A stretch of 64,000 bases of DNA from Perkinsela sp. CCAP 1560/9. Lineage: Eukaryota; Protista; Euglenozoa: Kinetoplastea. The stretch's first letter is position 1, and each line of letters starts with the position of its first letter. The position numbers and the translations under genes are program-made. Below are positions 17,231 through 26,906 of this stretch, in pieces. A model generated the notes under the pieces. That model did no database searches. It saw nothing but the letters and a program-made list of their open reading frames with translations, and was not told where the DNA came from. The DNA lies in NCBI GenBank assembly GCA_965644495.1, contig CBFFSA010000002.1:62001-126000 (forward strand). The letters run 5' to 3'.

Positions 17231-19900
17231 TCAAAAAATATCCTCTGCCCTGCACTCTGTGCAGCGTATGTACAATAAAGAATTTCGCAGCGGAACATTT
17301 TCAGAAATTCGTTCCGGATAGGTATTGGAGATACGCGTGTCCGGAAGAAAACAGAAACCGTCATCTTGTTTTGAAGTCCGTGTGGAATGTGCGCTGGAAT
17401 CCTGTGACTCACACTGGGAAGGACTTAAGTGCTCAAAGCAGTAAGAGTGAGTGCATGATATACAAAGAAATAACACTCCACCACTTGCCGGGCACGATTT
17501 TTGACAAACATGACAGAAATGTCGTGGACACGAAAACGGTTTCCGTACTGTCTGTATTTCCTCGATACAAGAAAGATGATAGTTCTTAGGACAATAATTA
17601 CAAGGGAGAGCGTCACATGGACTCACATACTCGTGACAAATAAAACATGTGGAGCTATATCGGAACGCATTTCTGCTTGTCAGTGAACCGCAATTCAATC
17701 GTAATTTTTTAGAACCAATGACTCTACCATCGGTATCATCCACCATTTCTCCTATGCCTTGTTCCATAAGTCCGGTATCGTCTTGGACCGATTCAGACAG
17801 ATTAAGCTCCAAGTCGAACTCGCCGCTCTGACTTCGAAGTTTCTGCATCCACTTGTCTACGCATCGCAGTACCTCGGAGGAAATCTCCTTTCTCGCATTC
17901 TTACAACCCATCGCCTCCAAATCTTCAATACTTGCACAATACGAGCTGCGTTCGACACCGTGTTCCACGCCATCACGAAGCACTTCCGATCCCAGGCGAC
18001 TTTTATCACTTGAGACAACATTGATACGTTCTTCCACACTGTCCTGAAGCAGAAATCGATACACTTGGACGTCACGAGTTTGCCCTAGTCGGTGAATCCG
18101 ATCGATAGCCTGTTCATCCACTGTGGGGTTGAAATGAGGGTCTAGAAGAATAGCGGTGTCTGCCCCGACCAGAGAAATTCCCACACCTCCGGTAGTAGTG
18201 GTGACAAGGTAGGCAAAAATCGAGGAATGGGGTCGGTTGAATACCTGCATGTCCAAATCCCGTCGGGAATACGGAGTGAGACCATCAAGACGGCAATAGG
18301 GATAGCTACGAAGCACACACAACACCTCGACAAGATCTAACATGGTGCGAAATGACGAAAAAATGACGACGCGATGACCCTCATCGCGTAGCGACGGAAG
18401 TAATGCCTCGAGTTTGAGCAGTTTTGCAGAGGGAGAGCTGAGGGTGTCGAGGTTAAAAGCAGGAACTCCTGCTCGGTGCAGTCTCATGTGTGCAGAATCA
18501 TCCGTGGGAAGACTTTCGTTCGGTATATTCGATGAGAGAGATGAAAATGATACGCTGTTGTCGTGAAGAGGACTGCAAAGCTGACTTTTTCCGCTGTATA
18601 GCAAATCAATAAGATATGGATGACAGGCAACTTTACGCAAGTGCATGTAGGAGGACGTGATTTCTTTTCTCTGTACTGCATCAGAGCATATTTTATGACA
18701 AAGAAGTCTTTGTTCCGGGGTGGGCTCCAGAAAAACGGTTTGAATGCGCTTTCGAGGAAGATCACGGAGAGTTTCAGATTTAGTGCGGCGTAGCATTACA
18801 TACGGCATGAAACAAGATAGAAAATCTGAGACGGACTCGGATAGCCCATAAGCCTCGACTCCAGTGGCTTCCACCGATGTTTCATATTCTGTAGAATCAG
18901 ATATCACCAAATCCTCCTGAAGAAGACTGCAATGAAGAAAGGCTGCCAAACACCACAATTCGCGCATATGATTTTGTACAGGTGTTCCAGTCAGTGCAAC
19001 GCGAAAGGGCGAAGTAATCTTTCGACACGTCTGCGTAATTTGCGAGCTAGACGTTTTAATGCTGTGAGCCTCATCCACTACGACACACCGCCAATGAATT
19101 TTGTCAATAAAGTATGGTTTATCATTACACAATACCGTAGCTGTTGTTAGCATAACGTCGTACTCGCCTTGCCCAATAAAAGAAGAGGAACGCATCTGCT
19201 TCCGATGGTCTTTGCTTCCGTGATATTTGACCACTTTTAGAGTTGGAGACCACCTAGCTAGTTCTCGCATCCAATTCGCTAAGGTTACATTGGGAGCCAC
19301 GACGATACTTGGCGCGGCAAATTTACAAAATTTAGGATCATTGATCAAGTGTAAAAAGCAACATACTTGGGCTGTCTTCCCCATGCCCATGTCGTCGCCC
19401 AAAATTAGCCCCAAGTCACCTCGTTGATATTTTTGAAACATCCACTGCACTCCGCGATGTTGGTATGGACGGAGAAAAGGGTAGTTATCGGCTACTTCTG
19501 GTAATAAGATGTGATCATAATGGTTCGGTACATCAAAAACTTTGCGAAGCGTGCTAGGATCCAAGGTTTCGTCAGGAATAGACTCATACTCTCCCGCCTC
19601 ACGCAAGAGGTGCCTCACCTTCTTAATGTTTGAAAAATGGGTATTTGCTTTCTTGCTAAACAGTATCATTCTACGCTTTGCTTCAACTTCAATTTCTTCA
19701 TTCCTTCTGCTTCGAGATAGTGCTTCCACAGCGTTTAGAGTGAACTTTCCGGAATCTGCATTTTTTCCCGAATCTTCTTTCGAGCAAACAATAGTGTCTG
19801 AGACGCCCCGAAATTTTATTTTTCTTATTGACTTGGATTCAAAAACTTTTGATTTCGGCTGAGCAAGCAATTTATCGAAAAGAAGAAAATCATCTGCCAT
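17231..19900 (-). CDS. SNF2-family helicase with C-terminal tandem PHD-like fingers
   Basis: LRPYQ, GDDMGMGKT, DEAH, LTGTPVQN, QAIDRIHRLGQ. C-terminal CFIC..CNYCPKNYHLSC..FSCPRHFCHVC..CISCTHSYCFEH. Confidence 0.9.
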   Translation of the reverse strand: MADDFLLFDKLLAQPKSKVFESKSIRKIKFRGVSDTIVCSKEDSGKNADSGKFTLNAVEALSRSRRNEEIEVEAKRRMILFSKKANTHFSNIKKVRHLLREAGEYESIPDETLDPSTLRKVFDVPNHYDHILLPEVADNYPFLRPYQHRGVQWMFQKYQRGDLGLILGDDMGMGKTAQVCCFLHLINDPKFCKFAAPSIVVAPNVTLANWMRELARWSPTLKVVKYHGSKDHRKQMRSSSFIGQGEYDVMLTTATVLCNDKPYFIDKIHWRCVVVDEAHSIKTSSSQITQTCRKITSPFRVALTGTPVQNHMRELWCLAAFLHCSLLQEDLVISDSTEYETSVEATGVEAYGLSESVSDFLSCFMPYVMLRRTKSETLRDLPRKRIQTVFLEPTPEQRLLCHKICSDAVQRKEITSSYMHLRKVACHPYLIDLLYSGKSQLCSPLHDNSVSFSSLSSNIPNESLPTDDSAHMRLHRAGVPAFNLDTLSSPSAKLLKLEALLPSLRDEGHRVVIFSSFRTMLDLVEVLCVLRSYPYCRLDGLTPYSRRDLDMQVFNRPHSSIFAYLVTTTTGGVGISLVGADTAILLDPHFNPTVDEQAIDRIHRLGQTRDVQVYRFLLQDSVEERINVVSSDKSRLGSEVLRDGVEHGVERSSYCASIEDLEAMGCKNARKEISSEVLRCVDKWMQKLRSQSGEFDLELNLSESVQDDTGLMEQGIGEMVDDTDGRVIGSKKLRLNCGSLTSRNAFRYSSTCFICHEYVSPCDALPCNYCPKNYHLSCIEEIQTVRKPFSCPRHFCHVCQKSCPASGGVLFLCISCTHSYCFEHLSPSQCESQDSSAHSTRTSKQDDGFCFLPDTRISNTYPERISENVPLRNSLLYIRCTECRAEDIF

Positions 19901-19945
19901 AACTGTCTAGAAAAAGCGATGCATAGAAAAATAAAGAAACCAATT
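19901..19945 (-). promoter_or_regulatory. Putative polypyrimidine tract plus AG trans-splice acceptor (example)
   Basis: Minus strand tttctttatttttctatgcatcgctttttctAG acagtt ATG. Confidence 0.55.
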
Positions 19946-19952
19946 TCTCTTA

Positions 19953-20007
19953 TTCTATACAAAACAAGATTTCTATACAAAACAAGATTTCTACACAAAA
20001 CAATAAT
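19953..20007. repeat. 18-bp tandem repeat x3
   Basis: ttctatacaaaacaagat x2 plus a degenerate third copy, upstream of the SNF2 splice acceptor. Confidence 0.85.
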
Positions 20008-20479
20008 TTTGTAGACCTCCCGGTATTTACAGTAAACTATTGAACTACAGTGCGAGATTAATTTACCGAAATACTAAATATTCTACGGATAAAGGATAAG
20101 AAATTGACGAATTTATATGCATTGTTTTCGAATGAATCTCTTTTTTATGCGAAACGAGAAATTTATAAATCCCAATATTCTTTAAAACAAATTCAACGTT
20201 CTCCTTACAATATACAGTTACCCTATAAAAAATGTAGGGTAAGTATATACCAAATGTATACTATTCTTACCCTACATACCAAAAAGAAACGCGTATCGTT
20301 TTTTATTTTGATGCTCCCCAGTATCTTTCTTAAAATTCACATCAGACTACAACGGCCGTGGCTAGCTGCTCTGAAATACTATCCATCCTCTATAATGAAA
20401 CCATAAGAACGAGAGCACGAACATATTTTTTCATAAGTATCATTCCCATATAAAGATTATCATATTGTGTACGCCACAA

Positions 20480-21070
20480 CTACACCACCGTAATTCGTGT
20501 TCCGATTTGAAATAGATCACTGTTTGAATGCAACAAACGAGGAAGATTCGCTCTTTCTATCTTCCCTGAAAGCTGGGCGTTATCCTGCAAATAAAGCATG
20601 ATCATATCTTTGGGCAATGAATCAAACTTTATTTCCCCGCTAAACAAATTGTCGTTAAGATAAAGGCGTTTAATGTTTGGAGGAAGAGAGGAGAAATCCA
20701 ACTGTCCGGAAAAACGATTCTTCGCAGCGTGAAGAAGCAAGATACCGAATGGCAGTCCACACAAATTAACCCCACCACTTAGTTCGTTTTCTTGCACGTA
20801 TATTGTCTCCAGCGTTCGAGGAAGATAATCCCACTTTAGTTTTCCAGCCAATCGACGCCGATGCCAGATAAGATCTGTAACTTTGCTCAGGGAATCGCAT
20901 TGCACCCCGTCCCATTCACAGGCAGAAGTAGCAGTGCTCCATGTAGGACTTGTGATCTCTATTTCCTGAATCAGAACAGATAATTCGTATTCCTGCGGTA
21001 GAGCTGCCCCACGAACCTTACTTGGTCGTGCAGCAGAACGGGTACTATCTGCTGTAAATAAGAAGTCCAT
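20480..21070 (-). CDS. Small LRR protein, family member 2
   Basis: FLFTADS...RPSKVRGAALPQEYEL, ACEWDGVQC cap, LP..L repeats. Confidence 0.9.
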   Translation of the reverse strand: MDFLFTADSTRSAARPSKVRGAALPQEYELSVLIQEIEITSPTWSTATSACEWDGVQCDSLSKVTDLIWHRRRLAGKLKWDYLPRTLETIYVQENELSGGVNLCGLPFGILLLHAAKNRFSGQLDFSSLPPNIKRLYLNDNLFSGEIKFDSLPKDMIMLYLQDNAQLSGKIERANLPRLLHSNSDLFQIGTRITVV

Positions 21071-21284
21071 GTGATATAGTCTCGATTAAATAAAAGGATG
21101 AAGTACAGTGTAGAGAAACCTAATTACCGATGAAATAGAGAAGGTTATAACTACATGCTCTAGAGGCGAACCCTACAAATACCGGTGACACGATCATTAA
21201 GTAAGTCCGTAACATACAAAATTAGTTAGTAAGCTAAAAAGTGCGCTAAACAACTTCTTTCCGTACCACGTTTTCTAAAGCAAC

Positions 21285-24200
21285 TTAAGAAACCTGCGCC
21301 GCTCTATTTTTGGCAACAATGCGTCCAATGAAATTCTTCAACTCATCACCGGGGTTTTTTAAAAACTCAACGCGACGGCGTGTATTGTTCAGAATAGCCA
21401 ATGCCCTAGGCTTCAAGGGACCATCCACCATAGCCATGGGTTCTAGTTCGGAAGATAAGCCTTCCACTGTAAATTGAAAACACGGAAAACATTCTCGGAG
21501 TTCCCACAACAGAATGAGAGCATTGTGTTGCACATATTGCAGCGGATGACGGAGAGCTGCCAGAACTCGAGAGAAAATAAGAACTTCCGTAATCCAATTT
21601 TGAGTTATCCCTTCAAGTAGTTCCGCCAGAAAAATACCAACATAAGTACTTTCAGCAGTTGTATAGGCAAAAATAAAATGCAAAAAAGCCCGCAGATACC
21701 AAACAAGCTCTTCAGAACTAAAAGATCCATAAAGCTTGAGAAAAATTGCGCTATATAACGCATCCTCTGGATTCCGAAGAACGCGTTGCATCAACTGATG
21801 AATCGACACGCAGAAGTCCGAATAACATTTTCGAATCTCACGGAAGTAAATCTCAGCATTTGAGCAACGAGATTTATGCATAGTTTGCTCTTGTTGAATA
21901 AGCAGGTTCAGTGTGTCAAAGAATTTCTTGTTAGAGCTTTCCAGTGCAGTGGATTCGGTTTCGGATCGAGTGACTTCCTGTTGCACAAAGTTTAATGCGG
22001 TTGCGTAGGCTTCATCAAGGAAGAGAACATCACAAAGGGAATGATGATCAAACATGACTTTGTTAACAGTTTTAGAATCGCTCGTATACTGAAGATACAC
22101 AAGAATATCGTGGCACATAGTCTGCAGCTTTCGTATCATAGATAAGCGTTCCGTAGATGTTGATCCGCTGGTGTCATCATCTCGATAAATTTCAGGAATC
22201 GAATTCTTTAAATTCTTCATTCGCAAATAGAATTCAGATCCCCACTTGCGAAGCACAGCAAAAATGCGGTAAAAATTAGAAAACCATAACTGAAGTGTCA
22301 AGTTAAGATCGCATGATTTGGTTTGATTGAACAAACTGTATCCCCCGGATACAAACCAACGTGTTATTGGGCCGCAACACAAGGCTTTGAGCTGCATAGG
22401 ACTCCACGTTGTCTCGCTGAATGTTGGAAGTAAGAGCATGTGATCTTGTAAACTAGACCAGTAGCAGATTTGCACAACAGGAAAAATAGATCGGAGCATG
22501 CTACAAAAAAATTCATCCACGGTCAAAGCCTCAAAATGATGTCGCCAGACAATAACAAATAAGTCGGTAGCGCTCTTGATTCTATTTAAAGCCTGGAGAC
22601 CTCTACGTTCACACATCTGCACAACATACGAGTTAACTTCCTTAAAAAGAAGACGGATAATTGATGGCCGAGAGAATTGAAGCAAGCGGACTTGAGAAGC
22701 CATTAAAACAGGATCGTTGTATCCAACGGCTTGTTCAATTAGTTTCTCAATGATCGTGTACGGATAGCAGCTTGTAATCGGTAGCAACATACGCGCATAA
22801 GATTCTCCGTTTTGCGGCGTTACTCTTCGAATTACGTAGGCCAGAACTTCTTCATTTTTTACTCTCTCTGCCACAATTTCTGGTTCGCAAGTTTCAAGTG
22901 GAAGGCGTTCATACTCTGGGAGCAGCGAAGCTGCAGATTGTATTATAGGGCATAATATCACCGCAGGGGAAGCCTGCGTCTTTAAAAAGCTTTTATTCTC
23001 TCGATACCAAGATTGCTTGAGTAGCAAACATAGCAAAGAAGGATCCAACCCCAGTCGATACCCTATAGAGAGTAATATTTGCTTTGGAAAGTGCAGAGGT
23101 TGCCGACGAAGAGCAGCCAATGCAGCTACATCAATACGTCTATTCTGTTCAGGTGGTGAGTAGTCCATGGGATGAAATTCTGAACATAGACGTAAAGCAA
23201 GATCCGCGGATTCAAGATCATCGTTTGCGAGAGCCGCGGCAATGTAATCCAAGCACTGATTTTCAATTAAGGAGTGTGGGATCGATAAGGGATGTGACGA
23301 CACAAATTCCAATTCCCCCCTTTTATCGCCTTCTAACGCAATTCTTGTTTTTTTCTCCTGAGCCCGTTTCATTCGAGCTTCATAATATTTTATCGCATCC
23401 TCCTTCCATGAGCGAGGCGCCACTTTTTCGAGGCACGACCATATAAAGGAAAACGGTAGCAAACGATGTTTAACCAAAAGCGAGGCGATGAACACTCTTC
23501 TCCATGAGAATCTTTTTGCTGCTGTCGAGGCGTCCTTTATTGAAACAAAAATGGGGGACGAGTTAGAAACGCGAAACCACATAATATGCTTGAGACTCTC
23601 TTCCAGGTGGGGTATCGTTTTGTTTCCCAAAAAGAGAATACGCTCAATTTCCTGATCACAGTTTGCGGATTCTAGGCACATCAGGAAAATATCTGCCGAA
23701 ATCCATGCGTGGATTCGATGCCTAAACAGATGAGACCACAAAAGTGTCTGCGAGTCTTTTAGAGGCAAGACTAACATACGAGAAAAAACAGTGACAAGAC
23801 GCGCAATCCCATAACGAGACTCCTCGTAACGCTGAACCATTGGAAATTTCATGCAGCTCATTGCCCAATGTTTACGACGTATTTGTTGGGCTTGCTGAAG
23901 AGAAACGGATGTCGAATAGCGAGCCCCATAATGTTTTTTGCCAATCTCGTCGACGTCCGGAAAATCTCCTGGATGTATGAGCACTTTCAAGAGAGATTGA
24001 AAGTCGGCTTCATCTTGAAATAATTTCTCACGTAGAGAAACTTTTTTTGCGCACGATGCGTGACGCTGTACTTCGCTCCAGTTGTACAAATGTAAAGAGG
24101 AATACAGGTCGATTTGAGTAGGCTGCATTCCCAACCATGTTAAATCCATAATTGAAATAGACGGATTTTCGACTAAAATTCCTGATTCACTGACCTGAGC

Positions 24201-24419
24201 TGCGCACGTTGTATCCACACTATTTTCTTGGCCAGATGACTCCATGTGCTTCGCTTTTTTGATTGTCTTTTCTTCGGTTTCGCCAAATGTGCTGTCGCGT
24301 TTCGGTTTTACAGCGACTTGACTTATTTTGGGAAGCATTCGAGTAGATACCCGGGGTCTCGAAGTTGTAGATTTGGTGTGCGAACTTGCAGAATCGTGAT
24401 TTTTCTTGTACTTTTCCAT
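21285..24419 (-). CDS. THO2: Divergent THO complex subunit 2-like protein
   Basis: YEESRYGIARLV (cf. REESEGYSKL); IRRVTPQNGESYARMLLPITSCYPYTIIEKLIEQAVGYND (cf. KRLSKENVK..GR.L.KL.HSNP....QIE.YDN); DALYSAIF; YVQHNALILLWELRECFP (cf. Y..IRNAL..L.K....FP). Confidence 0.65.
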   Translation of the reverse strand: MEKYKKNHDSASSHTKSTTSRPRVSTRMLPKISQVAVKPKRDSTFGETEEKTIKKAKHMESSGQENSVDTTCAAQVSESGILVENPSISIMDLTWLGMQPTQIDLYSSLHLYNWSEVQRHASCAKKVSLREKLFQDEADFQSLLKVLIHPGDFPDVDEIGKKHYGARYSTSVSLQQAQQIRRKHWAMSCMKFPMVQRYEESRYGIARLVTVFSRMLVLPLKDSQTLLWSHLFRHRIHAWISADIFLMCLESANCDQEIERILFLGNKTIPHLEESLKHIMWFRVSNSSPIFVSIKDASTAAKRFSWRRVFIASLLVKHRLLPFSFIWSCLEKVAPRSWKEDAIKYYEARMKRAQEKKTRIALEGDKRGELEFVSSHPLSIPHSLIENQCLDYIAAALANDDLESADLALRLCSEFHPMDYSPPEQNRRIDVAALAALRRQPLHFPKQILLSIGYRLGLDPSLLCLLLKQSWYRENKSFLKTQASPAVILCPIIQSAASLLPEYERLPLETCEPEIVAERVKNEEVLAYVIRRVTPQNGESYARMLLPITSCYPYTIIEKLIEQAVGYNDPVLMASQVRLLQFSRPSIIRLLFKEVNSYVVQMCERRGLQALNRIKSATDLFVIVWRHHFEALTVDEFFCSMLRSIFPVVQICYWSSLQDHMLLLPTFSETTWSPMQLKALCCGPITRWFVSGGYSLFNQTKSCDLNLTLQLWFSNFYRIFAVLRKWGSEFYLRMKNLKNSIPEIYRDDDTSGSTSTERLSMIRKLQTMCHDILVYLQYTSDSKTVNKVMFDHHSLCDVLFLDEAYATALNFVQQEVTRSETESTALESSNKKFFDTLNLLIQQEQTMHKSRCSNAEIYFREIRKCYSDFCVSIHQLMQRVLRNPEDALYSAIFLKLYGSFSSEELVWYLRAFLHFIFAYTTAESTYVGIFLAELLEGITQNWITEVLIFSRVLAALRHPLQYVQHNALILLWELRECFPCFQFTVEGLSSELEPMAMVDGPLKPRALAILNNTRRRVEFLKNPGDELKNFIGRIVAKNRAAQVS

Positions 24420-24870
24420 TACTTTGCTTAAAAGTATTCGTGTACGGCAGGTACAATGCGAAAGTTTGCAAGAAAAAAAAGATACAGGTAAAAGTTAGGG
24501 AGAATGTTTAAGAAATTACGGTAGCAACTTTAAAAGTTTATGTAAAAGTAGTTTCGAAAGCCAAAATCAGTTAAGAATAACCAAATTCATCTCGCACGTA
24601 TTTTTTACGTACTTAAAAATCGGAAGATGTACAAATTAAAGAGTAAAAGTGTAAAAAGTATAGATTACTACACGAGTTCAAAATCCGTGGAAATAGTATT
24701 TTCAGCTCCACGTATTGGGGGAAATATCCAAAGAAAGAGCGATGTGGTATTTAGAATGAGTCTTAAATCTATGATATTAAGCAAAAAAAGTGCTTTAGAA
24801 AGGATTCTCGAGGCAGCGACGGCACGAATGTATGTTTCTTGCAGAAAAGAACTTAGAAACGTCTTTCCTG

Positions 24871-26637
24871 TCATTCTCGTTTAACAATTTCAGTTTTACA
24901 GAGAGGACAACAGTTGTTATCCTTTGCCCATGCCTCCATGCATGAAATGTGGAATGTGTGATCGCATTTAAGAACAGTTAGTTCCACCTCTTTTTTGTAT
25001 TCTTCCAAGCAAATAGTACAGCGCACCTCTCCGTCTCCATCAAACACTTTGCGATTTTCCAGATACTCTAATTCTGACGCTTTCACACCTGTGTTTACCT
25101 TCCCAATACGATCTTCCAATTCCAGAAGCTGCTCATAGGAGTAGTTATCAATATCTCCTGTGAGACCCATTTCCCGTTGCTGCACCACCTCATTTAGCAC
25201 ATTCAACGAATCCAACATGGAGCGTAGATTCGCATTCGACACCCCTTGCGCGCGACCTCGTCCACGGCTACGTGAGTTTGGGGCGCCAGAACCCAACACA
25301 CGCATCATTTGCTGCATAAACGGAACCATGGCGTTGAATTCATTTCCCTCCAACGTGTCGGAATCCTCCTCTCCTGTGTCTGGAATCCCAAACAGAATCC
25401 CACCGGCTAACGGATTGAAATCAAAATTGGGTGTCTCCTCTGTGGCATACGCATACGCTGGAGGAGAGATCTCATGAAAGCGAGACCGACGGTACGTTTC
25501 GGGTTGATTTCGGTTCCCTCGACGACGACGATTCGGGCGTCGTCGAGACCGGGAAGAATGGTCAGAGGGACGGGTATGCGTTTCTCCATCTTCTCTTTCT
25601 TCCCTATCGTTTGAATTCAAATTTGCCTCAGTTTGTTCAGAGGGGTAGACATAGGTGTAGGTCGCAGTCCCGGTCGTGGGCAGTGGTGTTCTGTGGGTGT
25701 CGGTCTCCGGAGGATCGGAAGTTGCCTCGGGAATGTGGGGACATGAAATGGATGGGCGGTTGGAGGGGTGGGGAGAGGAGATGGGCAAAGGGGCACGATC
25801 TCGTGAAGAGGAGAAGGAAGAAGAAGCAGGGTGATTCACCGGTCCTCTTCGAGAAGTTGACGAAGGCGTTTTCTCGGGTTTCTTTTGCGTTTGTAATTCT
25901 GCCTGGTCTACCTGGGTCGTTAAACTGGCTTTTGATTTTGCGCGTTCATGAGAGGGGGGAGAAGATGTCACAGGACGAGAAGGAAGGGAGGGAGCGGCAG
26001 ACACAGAGGCAAGGCGTTGGGAGGAGCGCTGAGATACGGAAACAGGAACGGATTCTCGGATAGGGGAAGAACTCGGCAAAGCAGGTATATGGCTTGTGGC
26101 AGATCGTGATGACCTATATTGAGGTGGAGGTTGAACTGAGATATTCCGGGGATTTGTTCCAGCCGCAGTGCTGGGACGAGACCGGACTGGAGTAGATTGC
26201 GGGCTTACGGAAATGCGATTTACGCGGGATATGATTTTAGCATCTGTTGCACGACCCTTGTGCACAGCTTTTGGGGGTGTACGTTGGAGAGAAGGATCAC
26301 AACTGCGCCCAGAATGTGTAAGGTCAATTGTAACAGGTGGAGCTGTAGACTTTGTTGGGGTTGTAGGAGTCACCCGAGTGGTGCGCTGGCCACCGTTAGG
26401 TTCCGAATCACGCGTCGATACGGACGTGTGGATAAAATCATATTTTGGTAAAACTTCGACTTTACCTACTTGCGTTGATGGTAAGACGTTCCTGGATTTG
26501 TAATGTACAACTGTTTCGTTTCTGGCCTTTTTCCCGATTTTCGTTTTTGATTTTGTTTGAACAGTAGGTGAGTCGTCAGCAGAAACTGAAAATTCACCAT
26601 CGTTTGTAGCTCGCATCCGTTTCAAATTTCTACTCAT
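24871..26637 (-). CDS. RING-H2 E3 ubiquitin ligase with a disordered N-terminus
   Basis: DIDNYSYEQLLELEDRIGKVNTG followed by CTICLEEY...CDHTFHISC..W....CPLC. Confidence 0.9.
   Translation of the reverse strand: MSRNLKRMRATNDGEFSVSADDSPTVQTKSKTKIGKKARNETVVHYKSRNVLPSTQVGKVEVLPKYDFIHTSVSTRDSEPNGGQRTTRVTPTTPTKSTAPPVTIDLTHSGRSCDPSLQRTPPKAVHKGRATDAKIISRVNRISVSPQSTPVRSRPSTAAGTNPRNISVQPPPQYRSSRSATSHIPALPSSSPIRESVPVSVSQRSSQRLASVSAAPSLPSRPVTSSPPSHERAKSKASLTTQVDQAELQTQKKPEKTPSSTSRRGPVNHPASSSFSSSRDRAPLPISSPHPSNRPSISCPHIPEATSDPPETDTHRTPLPTTGTATYTYVYPSEQTEANLNSNDREEREDGETHTRPSDHSSRSRRRPNRRRRGNRNQPETYRRSRFHEISPPAYAYATEETPNFDFNPLAGGILFGIPDTGEEDSDTLEGNEFNAMVPFMQQMMRVLGSGAPNSRSRGRGRAQGVSNANLRSMLDSLNVLNEVVQQREMGLTGDIDNYSYEQLLELEDRIGKVNTGVKASELEYLENRKVFDGDGEVRCTICLEEYKKEVELTVLKCDHTFHISCMEAWAKDNNCCPLCKTEIVKRE
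25020..26100. other. Weak skew-switch island 4 (switch about 25450)
   Basis: Modestly C-rich left part, then G/purine-rich 25730-26070. Weaker than the other islands. Confidence 0.4.
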
Positions 26638-26906
26638 GCTCCATTTGATCTTTCATAAAATGATACACAAATTCTATTTCATACTTTTTTTCATACTACT
26701 CAGGGAACAAACGCCATAAGATCTCTTCAAAAGATCAGTTTTCCTATAAAAAATTAGTGTATCAATATACAGAAAGATATACGGAAAGATGTTCGATTCC
26801 TATACTGAGAAGATTTAGCCTTTCACCGGTTTCAGTGAAAGCCGACGGGAGCAATTTTTTCACGTTTATTTTTTCTAGGTTTTCGTTTCCAGAAACATTC
26901 ATTCTC

